Shown one piece after another: positions 1 to 12,089 of a stretch of 56,561 bases of DNA. The position numbers and the translations under genes are program-made. The stretch lies in NCBI GenBank assembly GCA_025201805.1, contig MU619337.1:1-56561 (forward strand), written 5' to 3'. This DNA comes from Parasitella parasitica NRRL 2501 (taxonomy: Eukaryota > Fungi > Mucoromycota). The notes below the pieces were generated by a model. It searched no databases. It saw only the letters and a list, made by a program, of their open reading frames with translations, and was not told the origin of the DNA. How positions within the stretch are numbered: position 1 is the stretch's first letter; each line of letters begins with the position of its first letter.

Positions 1-436
1 TGATATTAATAATATTCGCATAGAAGATTGATCAGGGTACTACCTCGGGTAAAGTCTATCTCCTCACTCAAATAGATTTAAGTTATCTTGAGTCTGCTGA
101 TATGTAGGTTAGCACAAAGTTATGATGCTAGTTACGCAGTATTGTCGTACATGTTAAATTGCGAGAATAGAACATTTATCCACAGTTTAAGTATATAAAG
201 GTTCATCTACCTGGCCAGTAGATGAACGGGAGCTTTATACACCTGTCGATTTGATAATAAAACCTATACCTTTATCAAGTTGACTTTATTGTTTTTTTAT
301 TATAATTTTTTTCCGTGAATCCATATAACAATTTATACCGATTCCACAAGTATAACAACACATCATTGGACAATCTCCAATCTTCAATTGAAGTACACTA
401 TCATGATCTCCTAACCTACATTATGGCAGATCAGTA

Positions 437-1042
437 ATTCTTTTCCGCTTATTTATTTTAATTTTCTATCGCAAGTACAAACGAATATCTATAGTTGACA
501 ATCTCTCATATAGGATAACAGTTGAGTTGTAGATACAATGGTTGAGTTTAAGCTGCATTGTTTTGATATTGTAGTTCGGCTGTTTGTTTAGTAGAAAGCA
601 ATCGAGCTTTTAATAGGTTTTAGCATTCAATGTTATTGTTTATATCTAGAATTAATGCAAATGCGACTTTTATAAACAGATATTGCTCTATCAAATCATA
701 AAATCGAGCATAATCAAGATTTAAAGAGTGTCTGGATTGTTATAGATCGTACTTTGATGATATGAGTGCAATTGTTCACAGATACTTTTAATACCTAGCT
801 TTACTTCCTGTGCCTGGATTTTAATATGAGTGTTCTTTTTAAATTTAAAACGTAGAATTCGATTCAATGATAGTAATATGAGAATAAAAAGGTATCATTT
901 CATTCCACACAGCATTTTCAGGAACAAACCTATTCTTCTATTTTACATTAAAGAAAAGATATTGGCAAGATGTCTCTATACTGACATCCCGCTATCTGTG
1001 GTATATCTGCGATAAAAACTAGAAATAAATAAGCGGAAAGAA
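437..1042. mobile_element. MITE-like / Tc1-mariner (Stowaway-like) relic with ~37 bp terminal inverted repeats
   Basis: 437-473 ATTCTTTTCCGCTTATTTATTTTAATTTTCTATCGCA is the imperfect reverse complement of ~1008-1043 (TGCGATAAAAACTAGAAATAAATAAGCGGAAAGAAT). TA dinucleotides flank at 435-436 and 1043-1044. No credible ORF inside. Confidence 0.6.
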
Positions 1043-1756
1043 TATACAATTGTAACTCTTTGGTGCTTATTAAAAGTTAGAGATGTAAGCCAAGGTCAAT
1101 CTCGTTGAGGGATCTTGGATGTATTTATATAAAATAAAAAAAGAGGTAAATTTTATGTTGCTAATTATGTAACTGAATTGTTTCAATTTAAGCTTCATAA
1201 GAAAGTAGCAATTATTGTGATTAATATAGAATACATGTACAATTGGCTTTATCATTTAAATGTTCATGATATTATTTGTCGTCATGTTTAATGATGTAAT
1301 CTTTAAATAAGCCTAGAACCATGCAACAGATTCAATTCCATTAAAACCATTTAGATATGACATATGTGGCCTTTATATGGATACAACACGATAAATCCAT
1401 TAAGTATTTATTGCAATCTCACCTATTTTCATGAATTGTAGTAGTATGATAATAATAAAGGTCGTTGAACAACAAAAAGTCCCTAACCATTATAACGATG
1501 GATATTGATATCTCTTTTTTTTTCGATAATAATGATCCCATAATTCTTATTGTGATCATGCCAATATCTATTGTTGTAAAACTTTTTTTTTCCCTTGAGC
1601 ATGTTTTAAATAATCCTGACAAACTGCTTAAAAATACAGGCTTTATCAATAAGCCATTACTGCTTTCATATCTTGGGAGCACAATGATAAATCGATGGTA
1701 ACCACCAGATTTATTTTTATTTTTTGATAGATTGTATATGATTTATTTTTCCATTA

Positions 1757-3246
1757 TTAAAGAGTCCAAGGATTCTGAGCTAAACCACTTGTTAACAACT
1801 CCAATTTTCCATCTTCTCTGACAACGACGATATCTTCCAAACGAATACCAAATTCATTTGTAATGTAAATTCCTGGCTCAACACTAAATGTCATGCCCGG
1901 CTGTAAGAATTGTTTAGTATTTCCCTGATGCATATAAGGTTCGTCATGCATACGAAGTCCAATACCATGACCAAGTCTATGAGTAAAGTACTTTCCATAA
2001 CCTCCTTTATCAATGATATGACGTGCTGTTAAATCTACCTGGGCACAAGTTGAGCCTGCGCCAGTTCGGTTTAATACGTTTTCTTGCGCACGGCGTACAA
2101 GATACCAAGCATCTTCAATCGTTTCGTTATGTCCTCTCTTGCCCATAAAAAAAGTTCTGGTGGTATCGGATTGATAACCTGTCGAGTTATTAGATCAGTA
2201 TGTGTATCCAAATGTCATGCAGATCCATTATTAAAAGTACCTAATAATTCTCCTCCTGTATCAATCAAGACAGTGCTGTGCTTTGTCACCTTCTTTTCAC
2301 TCGAAGAGCCATGAGGAAGAGCTGCATTTTCATCTACAAGCGCAAGTACCCAAGTGTTTGTCAGTCCAGCCCTATGCAGCGCTTCCTTCATTACATTCTG
2401 AATATCAAATTCGCTCATGCCCACCTTGATATGTGGACGGACAGTGCGAATAGCTAATTCAGTAACAGTATTTGCGCATCTCATGATTTCCAATTCTGCT
2501 TCAGATTTAACCATACGCAACATGCGGATAGATTCAGGAGCCACATATACATCACTCTCGCCCAAACCGTCAACAATGCCTTGGAAAACGAATAACCTAG
2601 CATCTTCTTCAACGATGATGCGATTCGATTTGCTGCCAAACACTTTCTTGAGAGCACCATAGGGCGATTCGTATTCGAGCCATTCAACAATGTCTGGTGA
2701 AATTTCTTTTGGTAGATTTGCTTTCTTTAGGCTATCCAGTGCGCGAGTAGCTTCAAAAGCAGGAGATATAATAGTTGTGCGGATACCGGTGGGTTCATCA
2801 TCATCCAGCTGAAGTACAACCAAAAATGCGCGCTCTGTTAACTCCCATTCAATGTTGGTATAGTAAACCATGGAAGCACCACCCTCCATGACTAGAGCAT
2901 CGGCGTTTTCGGTTTCTAGTACTTGAGCCAGTTTTTTATGACGCCAGGTGTATTCGTTTGGTTGAATGGAATTGACATGGGCACAAAAGCCGTCCAAGGG
3001 GGTTAAATCAAGCTTGTCTCCCTTTATCAAATATCTCTGAAGCAACCATGTTCCAGTAGCCAATGCGGATAAAATGGAGAATACAACTACAGCACGGATA
3101 ATCTAAGCGTCCACGGTTAATATGTGGGATAAAAAAAAATGCTATGAAGATTATTTTACCATGGTGCTCTTCTTTAATCTGTTCCAATGACTAACCCCTC
3201 GGTTGCTTCTACTAAACAAAGGCACATTCTCTTCTTCTGAAGACAT
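1757..3246 (-). CDS. Xaa-Pro dipeptidase/aminopeptidase P (M24B), N-terminal membrane anchor; 3 exons
   Basis: Creatinase-N domain plus metal-binding motifs LIDTGG..G|YQSDTTRT (joined across an intron near 2180-2240), HRLGHGIGL..HD, FSVEPGIY and GIRLEDIVVV. ATG at 3246; first intron ~3103-3159. Confidence 0.9.
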
Positions 3247-3312
3247 TTATTTTTGTGTATTGATAAAGGAAGGAAAAAGACCGTTTTTATTTGTTGCTAT
3301 TCATCGTGAGAA

Positions 3313-3847
3313 CTACATGATGGCCGGGACCTTTTTTTTTGTTGCACTATTATCCGTGGCGGCATAAAACATGACCAACTTTCCAGGCCAACCTATTTTA
3401 TACATATTAGTTCAAGTACGGGGTATTGTATCATAACATCTTGAAGAATTGTTCCATACCGCTAAATACTGTAAATAAAATTTCCTTTAAATGCTTTTCT
3501 TCTAGGCCTGCTTCCAAGTCTTTGGAAATTGCTAAATTTGAAATGCCTTGCTTTTCACAGATGTCACGCAATTCCTTCAAACACATTTGAAGACTGGAAA
3601 TGCTTGGTGTGTTGTATGATCTCTGCCTTGTGACTAAAAAAAAAATATGACGCTGGCCATCAGGTAAAGACAACACTTGTCCTACAGGCTTTTTATGTGC
3701 TTGCAGCATGGATAATTTACTTCCAACATCTGGCTTGAATGCCTTGTTAGACAACTTCATGTCCCCGCTTATACCAACAATGACACTGTCTGTTGGTGAA
3801 ATACATTGGAACAAATCGCCTGATCTTTCTTCAAAGTCAAAAACCAT
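3313..3847 (-). CDS. Macrodomain protein, OARD1/TARG1/Poa1-like (degenerate)
   Basis: MVFDFEERSGDLF..DSV..IS.D; K.VGQV..L...RHIFFLVT....TP....LQMCLKELR..CEK.GISNLAI matches the OARD1-type macro layout. A short terminal exon is predicted after a GTATGG..ATAG intron (~3393-3459). Confidence 0.7.
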
Positions 3848-3985
3848 CGCTGATTTTTTTTTACAAATAATAAAACAGGAGAAGGTAAAAAAGAAAGAAA
3901 TAGAGAGAGAGAAAAGGAAGCTGGGTAAAACCACGCGACCTATGCATTATTATTTATACAGTGTAAATAACTTGACATTCATTTT

Positions 3986-6389
3986 TCAAAGGTAAATTTT
4001 GTATAAAACAAAAACCATAACCAGAGAAAATACGATTGCGTAACCAAAGTGAATTCTACGAGCCAAAGTTCTTGTTGTCAGCGCATCTGGCAAGAACTTT
4101 GGTCTGTATTGAGGTGGCAAGTAGCGATTATACTTGAATATCAGTTAGCTGCAGGTATTCTAGATGCAACATCGGCGAATACTTACGTAGTTATTTAGCT
4201 CCGCATCTAGTTGTAGCGACCAGCGTACAAGTTGGGGATCTTCATATGAGCGAACATAGGTCTTGGCTCTAGGGCCCATCGCATAAATATTGTCTCGAGA
4301 ACACACTGCTTTTCCGTCTCTGATTGCCAATTTCTCCTCTAACGTAAGAAAACCACCTTCACCCAAGCCGACCATTTTCGGCTGGTATTTTCTATGCTTT
4401 ATGGTAGTGTTTGCGGTTGTTACTGGATTGGCTGTTGTTGCTGTCGTGGTGGCGTTGTTATTAGAAACAGAAAGATGAGCCGTACCAGTAACTTTAAATG
4501 TGGCTGCTAGGAGGTCATAAGTGCTCTTCAATTGGGTCGATTTGGCTGAATTTGTCGCGCTTTGTCGAGCTAAAGCAGCATAATGCAGAACATTCAATGC
4601 CTTGAGCAAATGTTCTGATCTGGGCTCTGTGGCGTATAGTCCTTTTGTCTTCCAAGTGTTGCCAAATCCACCGTCTAACTCTACAAACAGTTTATACACC
4701 TTGTGCAACTTTTCTTGAACACGTCCATCCCAGGCATCTGTCCCATGGCATAGCGTTGATATTTGCTTGAATGGGTTGTTTGCATTTGCTGCTATGATGT
4801 TGATCGCATTGGAATGAAAGCTCTCTAACCCCCTTTCTACATGGCCCAAGAAATCCAATAAACCCCGTGCCTTCAGTGCGTTAATTAGTCTGTACAGAAT
4901 ACGCAATTGACCACGAATGGATCCTGTGTCTGTAAACGAAGATACGGGGCCTGCTTGCTGGATGACGTCTTTGTATTCAAATGTGTTTGCTCTTTGTAAA
5001 ATTATATCTACTATCGAGTAATAAAAGGGTATATTGTCCAAGATGAATAGTGCCCATCCGTGCGTTATTGGCGAGTACTCTTCCTTCTCTAGAGTATGTG
5101 GTTCTGCTCCTAGACGCCAAGGTGCAGCCCAAATGGCCCACAACTCCATCACTTGTAGGTAGTCGTCGCTCTTGCTCCAATTGAGCGCTAACCTTGAAAG
5201 CATAAAGAATAGCTCGTCTTTCACTGATGCATACACAGAGTAGTAAATTGACTTTTCGTTGGAGAGACATTGTTTCAAATCGTGCCTGACAACATTTCTG
5301 ACAAACTTTGTGATGAAATGCATTTGCTCCATACTAAGTTTTTGTCCTGAATTCACCCAAGACGTGCGGATCCATAACTCAATGCATGCGTCTAGAAAGA
5401 ATGTCTGTACAATTTGAGGAAACTCGTTGTAGACGCTGATGGGTACAAATCGGGTGAAATAGTCTTCAAAAACATCGCCATAGACACTCAGAATGATGGT
5501 TCGAGTTATCCCAGGCGGCAAATTAGGTGATGTGCTGTTTGCTGTCGTAGTATTGTTGCTAATTGTGCTGCCAGTTGTGTTTCTTATTGTGCCATATTCA
5601 ACTTGCCTGGACGGCAAAAGTGTATTTGTATTTGTATTTGTAGTCGCTACTACCGCGGTTGCTCCTCGGGTGTAGCTCGTTCCTGAAGACGTTGGTTGGT
5701 GTGGCAATGGCGTTGGCACCAGTGGCGGCCATGTTGGTACACTTGCAAAGTAGTAGAGATAAAACTGAAGCATATTAAACCTTATCTTTCTATCACCTCC
5801 TACTGTTGTGGGCAGCAGCGTCGATTGCCGGGTTGCCGTTGTTCTTATGTTGACTGAGCTTACTGTTTTTGAAGCATCCAAATACGAACAGTTTTGATAA
5901 ACTCGAGGCAGCAGATGAATAGCACCTGTAGAAAGGATTTCTCGAACATCAAACTAGCGTGTGTGGATGCGTTTAGTATGTGCCCAAATGAGACTTGCAT
6001 CAATACTTACAGGAAGGCTTTCTGTCACGAGATCGTACGAATACTCTGGATACACGCTTAGTTTGACAAGTGCTTGGAAGAAATGGCCATTAACTGAGAG
6101 CAAACTCTTGATGGCTTCGTCCTGGTCATTCTTGGTTTCTGTTTGTATCCATCCTCTATAATCCACGTCAAATGTTAGCACACAGACATACAATGAAGCA
6201 TGAGGAGTCTTGCCTTGTTCCAGGCGATCCAAAGATGTAGACGAGTAAGGTTGGGAGAAAAGTGTGGAAAGGCCGTACATAGTGTTCAGACAACGTTACT
6301 GTTGAAGTTATGTGCGATTCGCAATAGTTGAGAAAGTAATTGCAGATTTCAATAGCATCACGTTCTTGGAGAACTTTTGGATTGTCCAT
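3986..6389 (-). CDS. Sphingomyelin phosphodiesterase 4 (SMPD4/nSMase3)-like protein with C-terminal TM anchor; 4 exons
   Basis: Motifs FNMLQFYLYYFA, VMELWAIWAAPWR, WALFILDNIPFY and VRSYED.LVRW resemble SMPD4 family blocks. Introns 6156-6213 (GC-AG), 5954-6010 and ~4134-4186. Last exon ends in a hydrophobic tail. Confidence 0.7.
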
Positions 6390-6847
6390 CTTTTCATTCT
6401 TTTCTAATCAAAAAAGCGTCCAAACGCGGCCTGCCCTTTGTTTCCGTTAATTTAAATCTTTATTTGGTGTAAAAGTTTGCGTACTATTGGCTGATGTAAT
6501 GGTGATAATTAAAGCCCTCCCAGCAATGCAATTTTGCCTTAAATAGTCTTGCCTTCAGTTACAGAATTGGTGTCTTTTTATATACAGTGCTCGGAATACT
6601 CAATTGCTACGTCTTTGGACCAAATGCCTATTGTTTCAAGCAAATTCTGTTTTGTACTCAAGAAATGTAGTAGAGAGTATACTGACTCTTCTCGGATTGT
6701 AGCCGGTCATACCGCCTCAGCATCGCCTACAACAAAACATTTGAAAGCCCATTGTAGATAGTGGGAACCGTTATAGATATAATTTATGTATTTTTATTTC
6801 ATGAGATAGAAAGAAAAATGGAAAAAAAGATTTAAAAAAAAAGATGT

Positions 6848-7657
6848 TTAGCGAGAGGTGGCAGCAGCTTTGGGAGCAAAGCCCTTGGCTTGTTGTTTGC
6901 TAACCTTGGGTTGAGCCTATTGCAATTCAAAGATTAGCAACAATCACTGAGATAGCAGCAAATAAATCTTTGTACGCATATACTTACAGTAGGATTAGCA
7001 GCCTTCTTAGCAGCAGCGGCAGCCTTCTTGGCATCCTTGGACTTGGAGATGGCAGCTTGACGAGCAGCAGCACGAGCATCAGGCTTTTGATTGCGCTTAG
7101 CACGGATAGCATCCCAAGAGGCACCAACAACAGCACGCTCGTGCTTGACAGTACGGCGAGAGCGTTTCTTTAGGATTTCCTCAGCCATTCCCTTCTTGTT
7201 CAAACGACGATAGATGACAGTCCATCTGATCTTACGAGGGTTCAAACGTTGGAGAAAGTAGGAGGCAGCCTTACCGTTAATAAAACGGAAAATCTAGCAA
7301 AGTGCATGTAAATATCTAATGTCCACAACTAAAGTTTCTCTCTTTCTCTCTTTCTCTCTTTCTCTCTTTCTCTCTTTAAGTTCCAAAATAAAAAATAATA
7401 AAAAAAAAACCAAACTTACTCTACATGAAGAATGAATTAGTATGGTCAAGTTCCTATAGAGCGTGTTCGATTAAAATCTACCTGCTATCGATACGGACGT
7501 AGGTCTTACCCTTGGCAGGGTAGATCTTGTGGCCAGAGAAAGAACAGATCTCAAGCCTATAAAAAAAACAAATTGGATGTTAGTGATCACATATACTGGA
7601 TGGATGGATGCAGGTATCATGTTGGGTGAGGATATGTTGGTATTTCATTTACTTCAT
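6848..7657 (-). CDS. RPL24: 60S ribosomal protein L24 (eL24); exons 7657-7653, 7556-7482, 7420, 7293-6988, 6916-6848
   Basis: Spliced product MKLEICSFSGHKIYPAKGKTYVRIDSRIFRFINGKAASYFLQRLNPRKIRWTVIYRRLNKKG...AATSR is typical eL24. Confidence 0.97.
7335..7377. repeat. (TTTCTCTC)x5 microsatellite in RPL24 intron 3
   Basis: Read directly from sequence; purine-rich (GAGAGAAA)n on the sense strand. Confidence 0.9.
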
Positions 7658-7867
7658 CTTGACTTATGGATGTATGGCGAAAGAGGAGGTATCAGGGGCG
7701 TCAGCCATTTACCTCTCTCTAGTACGTCTCCTGTCAGCCAAAGAAAAGTTGACTCTCCTTCCGGAACTGCACTGATACATGGACCGGACATGATTCTTAT
7801 CATGGCTTTTATCATGGCACTGGTTTTCACATTTTCCATCCATTCCCTCTTCTTGAACTTTATCATC

Positions 7868-8576
7868 ATGCAATTCATAAGAAATAGCCTGACAACTGTT
7901 TCTATGACAGCACGCCATATGTCAAGCTCCACTATAAAACCAGTGAAGCAGCCCAAATCGTCTCGCTATTCACCCCAAAGCCAGCAAATTCTAGACGACA
8001 TGATGATCCCTGGCCCAGCACTTCGATTTTTCAAGACTAGAATCGAGAAAAAGGGACCAGAAAGAGATAATTTAGTATGTGGTATAGATTGGAGTAAACA
8101 CAAGCAACTAATGATACTCTTAGGCGAATTCTGCTAGCATTGAGAGAATGTATACCACGCCAGCTAGACTTGTAAATTTTAATGAATTTGATTCTGCTCC
8201 CAACATCCCACAGCAACGTCTTGCCGAGAGGCTACAGCGAGCCATTTCAACCATGTATTCTATAGAAGCAATGCCATCACAATGGGTGACGCCTGGATAT
8301 GTGTTTATTCGAGGAGTCAAAGTATCCAGAAACTTGAGAAAATGCCGAGTAATGTATGAACCATCTACCACAGTGAAAAGAGAACGAGGGAATGTACACA
8401 GAGCATTGCAAGACCATACACACTTGTTAGGCTCCATGATCAGAAGCCATGCTCAATTGAGACGTCCTTTATCAATCAAATTTGTGCCTGATACTCAAGC
8501 AAAAGAACTTGAGGGTGTGTTTGAAAAGATTGAATCATCTCTGACGAAAGAAGAACTAGCACTAATTGCATCATAA
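7868..8576 (+). CDS. Mitochondrial ribosome-binding factor A (RbfA family); intron 8075-8123
   Basis: The N-terminus is Ser/Thr/Arg-rich and acid-poor, like a presequence. QQRLAERLQRAIS..IRGVKVSRNLRKCRVMY..ALQ..LLGSMIR...LRRPLSIKFVPD follows the RbfA KH-type pattern. Confidence 0.75.
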
Positions 8577-8585
8577 AGTATTTTA

Positions 8586-9923
8586 TTAAAGCAAAACTTG
8601 TTTATACGCTGGATCCGTCATTTTATCGTCTTCTTTGGCTGTAGCAAACCCTAATCTATTGTTTCCCACATCAAATACCTTTTTTTTTTTTTTTTTTTTT
8701 TTTNNNNNNNNNNTAGAGCTTAGAGTGAGTGGGCAATGCAAATGTTTAAACAATTATTATTGTTATTTTTTACCGTATAAAAGTGCTTCAAAAAGACATC
8801 GCCCAAAATCCATGTATTGTCATCTTGATCCATCTTTTGTCCTGAAATACCAGATAAGCATTTCTTGCTGCTCGAACTTATGGGCGTTAAAAACAGCTTT
8901 TCTGCTGGGATTGTCAGCACGGCATCATCCAATTGGATCGTCAAGGGCTTCAATCGCTTGACCGCCTTGCAGGGAAACGACCATGTCCCATCTCCATTGC
9001 TATGAGCACCTTCAATTTGACTATGATACGCAATTGCATCTAGACTAGGCATGATGATTAGTGTTGATCCGCTGTCAATAATGGCTTTTCTATTGTCAAA
9101 TATTTGCGACTCAAACTGGACTTTGTTCATCGACATCATCCAGTAGCTAGTATCGATAGTTTCTACATAATGTATCTCGTCGTGATACCGGTTCTTGTCC
9201 ACACTTCCAAAATCAATTTCTCCAGCATTATGTTGAGAGTAAATGGCAAAGATAGGTTCTTGTATCAAATCTTGATCAATCATAGCGTATAGCGGAGAAC
9301 TCCTTGTTGAACTACTGAGACCATTCAGACCAAGGCCAAAAATGCCATGAAAGGGCGATCCGATGAAATCTCTGGAAATGTCGAAAGCATCGACAATTAC
9401 TTGGTCTTGCAGCACAATTTCGTTATTGGCCAAGGCCACTACATCTGTACCTACATGGCCCTGTATACTACCTGTGCCATATTCAACTTGAACCACACCT
9501 TCATTGTCTTCTTCACTCTCTTGATAGGTATTGGAAGAGTGTAAATCAAATTTTTGGTGGCTTTTACATACGTTGCTTGTACATTGGGAAGAAACAACCC
9601 ACAGATCAGAGCTGCCTGTATCGAATATAACATTGAAATTTTGAGGAGGTAATCCGATAGATATTTCGCCATAATAACCTAGTTTTAAGCATTAAGACAA
9701 CAGAATAGTATGAATATATAAGTACGTATGTACCACTTCCATGATTATAAGCCGTCTGCTTCTGCTTTTTGATAAAAGACACAGCATTACTGGTTGTTGC
9801 ATTGGTCAATACTGCAGCCTTATGTAGTGCAATTTTGAAAGGCTTTTTAGATTGTATAGGCTGGCATTCAACTAACCCAAGAGCCGCAATACCAAAGACT
9901 GATACATACTTTACAACCACCAT
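8586..9923 (-). CDS. Secreted pepsin-like aspartic protease (A1); 3 exons, last intron contains an N gap
   Basis: Signal peptide; YYGEISIGLPPQNFNVIFDTGSSDLWV, YGTGS flap, AIIDSGSTL, WILGDVFLK; final exon VFDVGNNRLGFA. Confidence 0.92.
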
Positions 9924-11759
9924 AGAAAAAAACTATATATATTTATATATAAAAAGAAACAATATTCTCTAGACGAAGTACTTTGTTCCATGATTTATAT
10001 GTGACCACATACGATGTTTGTTTGCTTCATATAACAAGTTTTTATATATTCATTGACACTTCATATCATTTAATTGGAAATGATATCACACAGTTCTTTT
10101 GTAACCGCTTTTTTTTTTTTTATTTTAATATGTATTTTTTTTTATTCCATATTATCCTGTTCAGTTGGTATTAGTCTAACTCTGTTTTTCTTTGCCCTCT
10201 ATATTGTTTTTCCAGGTCAAAACAACCGAGGCCATAAACTTTATTCGCAATAAGCAAGATTCCGAGGTTATATTTGCAGGCACCAAACGATTTGTATCAC
10301 TTTCAAAACTCGGCTTTAAACGTCATGCTAACAGTGCGAGCTAACTCGATAGTGCCTTACCATCGTCAAAATTCATGTAAATTATGTGTATTTGACGTCA
10401 TGTTTAATGCAAACACGAAGCACTACATTATTGCGTATGTATTTACAGTGGGGGTTTATTTCATTATCAAAAGACAAAGGACTAGAGGTATAGCGGTTTA
10501 GAGAGTGAGCGTGTATATAAACGTTAGACAATGTGTATCTCATTATTGCTGATTTCGTGATAAAAGAATCCGATGCCTAAGCGGTATTTTCCTTTTGGGA
10601 CATCACGGCTTACAGTCCAAGTATAAGCAAAATCCCGGATAGAAACATCTGTATCAATAGTATACATATAATCTTGTGTTCGTGTAGACTCAACTGGTAA
10701 AAGGCCAACTATGGTACACGTATTAAATCATTTGATTAACTGTCTTAAATGGTTCAAATACCTTCTGTTCTCGAGGTCTTGGCGGACGCATATCCGTACA
10801 ATGGAAAACGTACTCCTGGCGCTAAAGTCCTGTATATACAGATGTTAGTACACCAACTAATGCAAAATAAGTTGTATCAATTACCATTGTATTTGCAAAG
10901 TATCGCCGTGTTTAATGGCAATCTCAGCATCGTTTTTTCTACCAATGTCTAGAACAAAAGGCGAATTTTTTTGCGCTAGATAGGCACACACATCAAAAGT
11001 GAAAGATGATAATATGAATATCAATATTGAGATGATGAAATAAAAAGATTTCATCCAAGACTATATAAAAAAAAAGAGAAAAAGACAGATGTGTCATTAA
11101 AAGAAGGGATCGAAATCGTTTTAAATATCAAGAACGTGTGTAACTGCAATGCCGTGTAACAGAGGGGATTGCGCTGTTGATCTTTAATTTGAAACATTTG
11201 ATGCTAAACAAGTGCCTCGTTTTAAATGAAAGGACCGTTAGTCTTCTTTTCTAAATGTTCCCAGTATCCCAAAGAGCGACTTTGCTTTCAAAATGGTTTT
11301 GATAATTGTTTGTTTAATAAGATGAAAAAAGTAATCAAATATGTTCTAGAAGATCCTGGAATATTTTGTATGCATCATATTTGTTGAATTGTCAAATAAA
11401 CGATTCTAGTAATAAGCTGGATCAAGGTTATATTCAGACAAACGCTACAAATAATATACCATTCCACGCTGCAAATTTTATTGTCAAACTTCATAATATG
11501 CATAAATGCAAGTCATACAACAATTACAGTACATAGAAACGGTCAATTTTCTATTCATTTAGTTACTGAATGCTGTTGATTTGTTGATTTGACCATCTTG
11601 GTTGTGTGGACTGGAGAGTCTGCATTGTTGAGGGTTGTGTGGCGAGATTTCGGTAGTTACTATTTTTCTTTTTTTTTAAAAAAAAAAGACATTGACTGCC
11701 CTTTGGGACAACAGTAGGGCATCTAATTTTTTCATCACTTCTCCACAGCACTATACAAG

Positions 11760-12089
11760 ATGGATGATCCAAAGCGCTGCTATATCATCGAGCATATGGA
11801 AGATGCCATGCACGAATGGTGTGCCTTAGAATATAAGCATATGCTCCAAAATATCGGCCCTGATCATTTATATTTTACTTCTTTGACCGACAAATGTTTG
11901 AACGAGAGCATGCCAGACGAAGTTAAAACTGCTAAATGCTACCAAGAGGATGTTTTGAATTTGCCTAATGTAAAAAAAGAGGAAATCTGTCTGCTAGATC
12001 CTGCTGGTACCTCAGAATTAGCACCTGAAGACGGTGACAAATTTAAATATTTCTTGTTTGGTGGTATTTTGGGTGATCATCCTCCCAAA

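Noticed and set aside
7557-7652. Intronic snoRNA in RPL24 intron 1
   Set aside because: No convincing paired C/D or H/ACA boxes.
7529-7867. N-terminal extension of the 7529-8137 ORF
   Set aside because: Overlaps RPL24 exons and promoter antisense; the likely start is ATG 7868.
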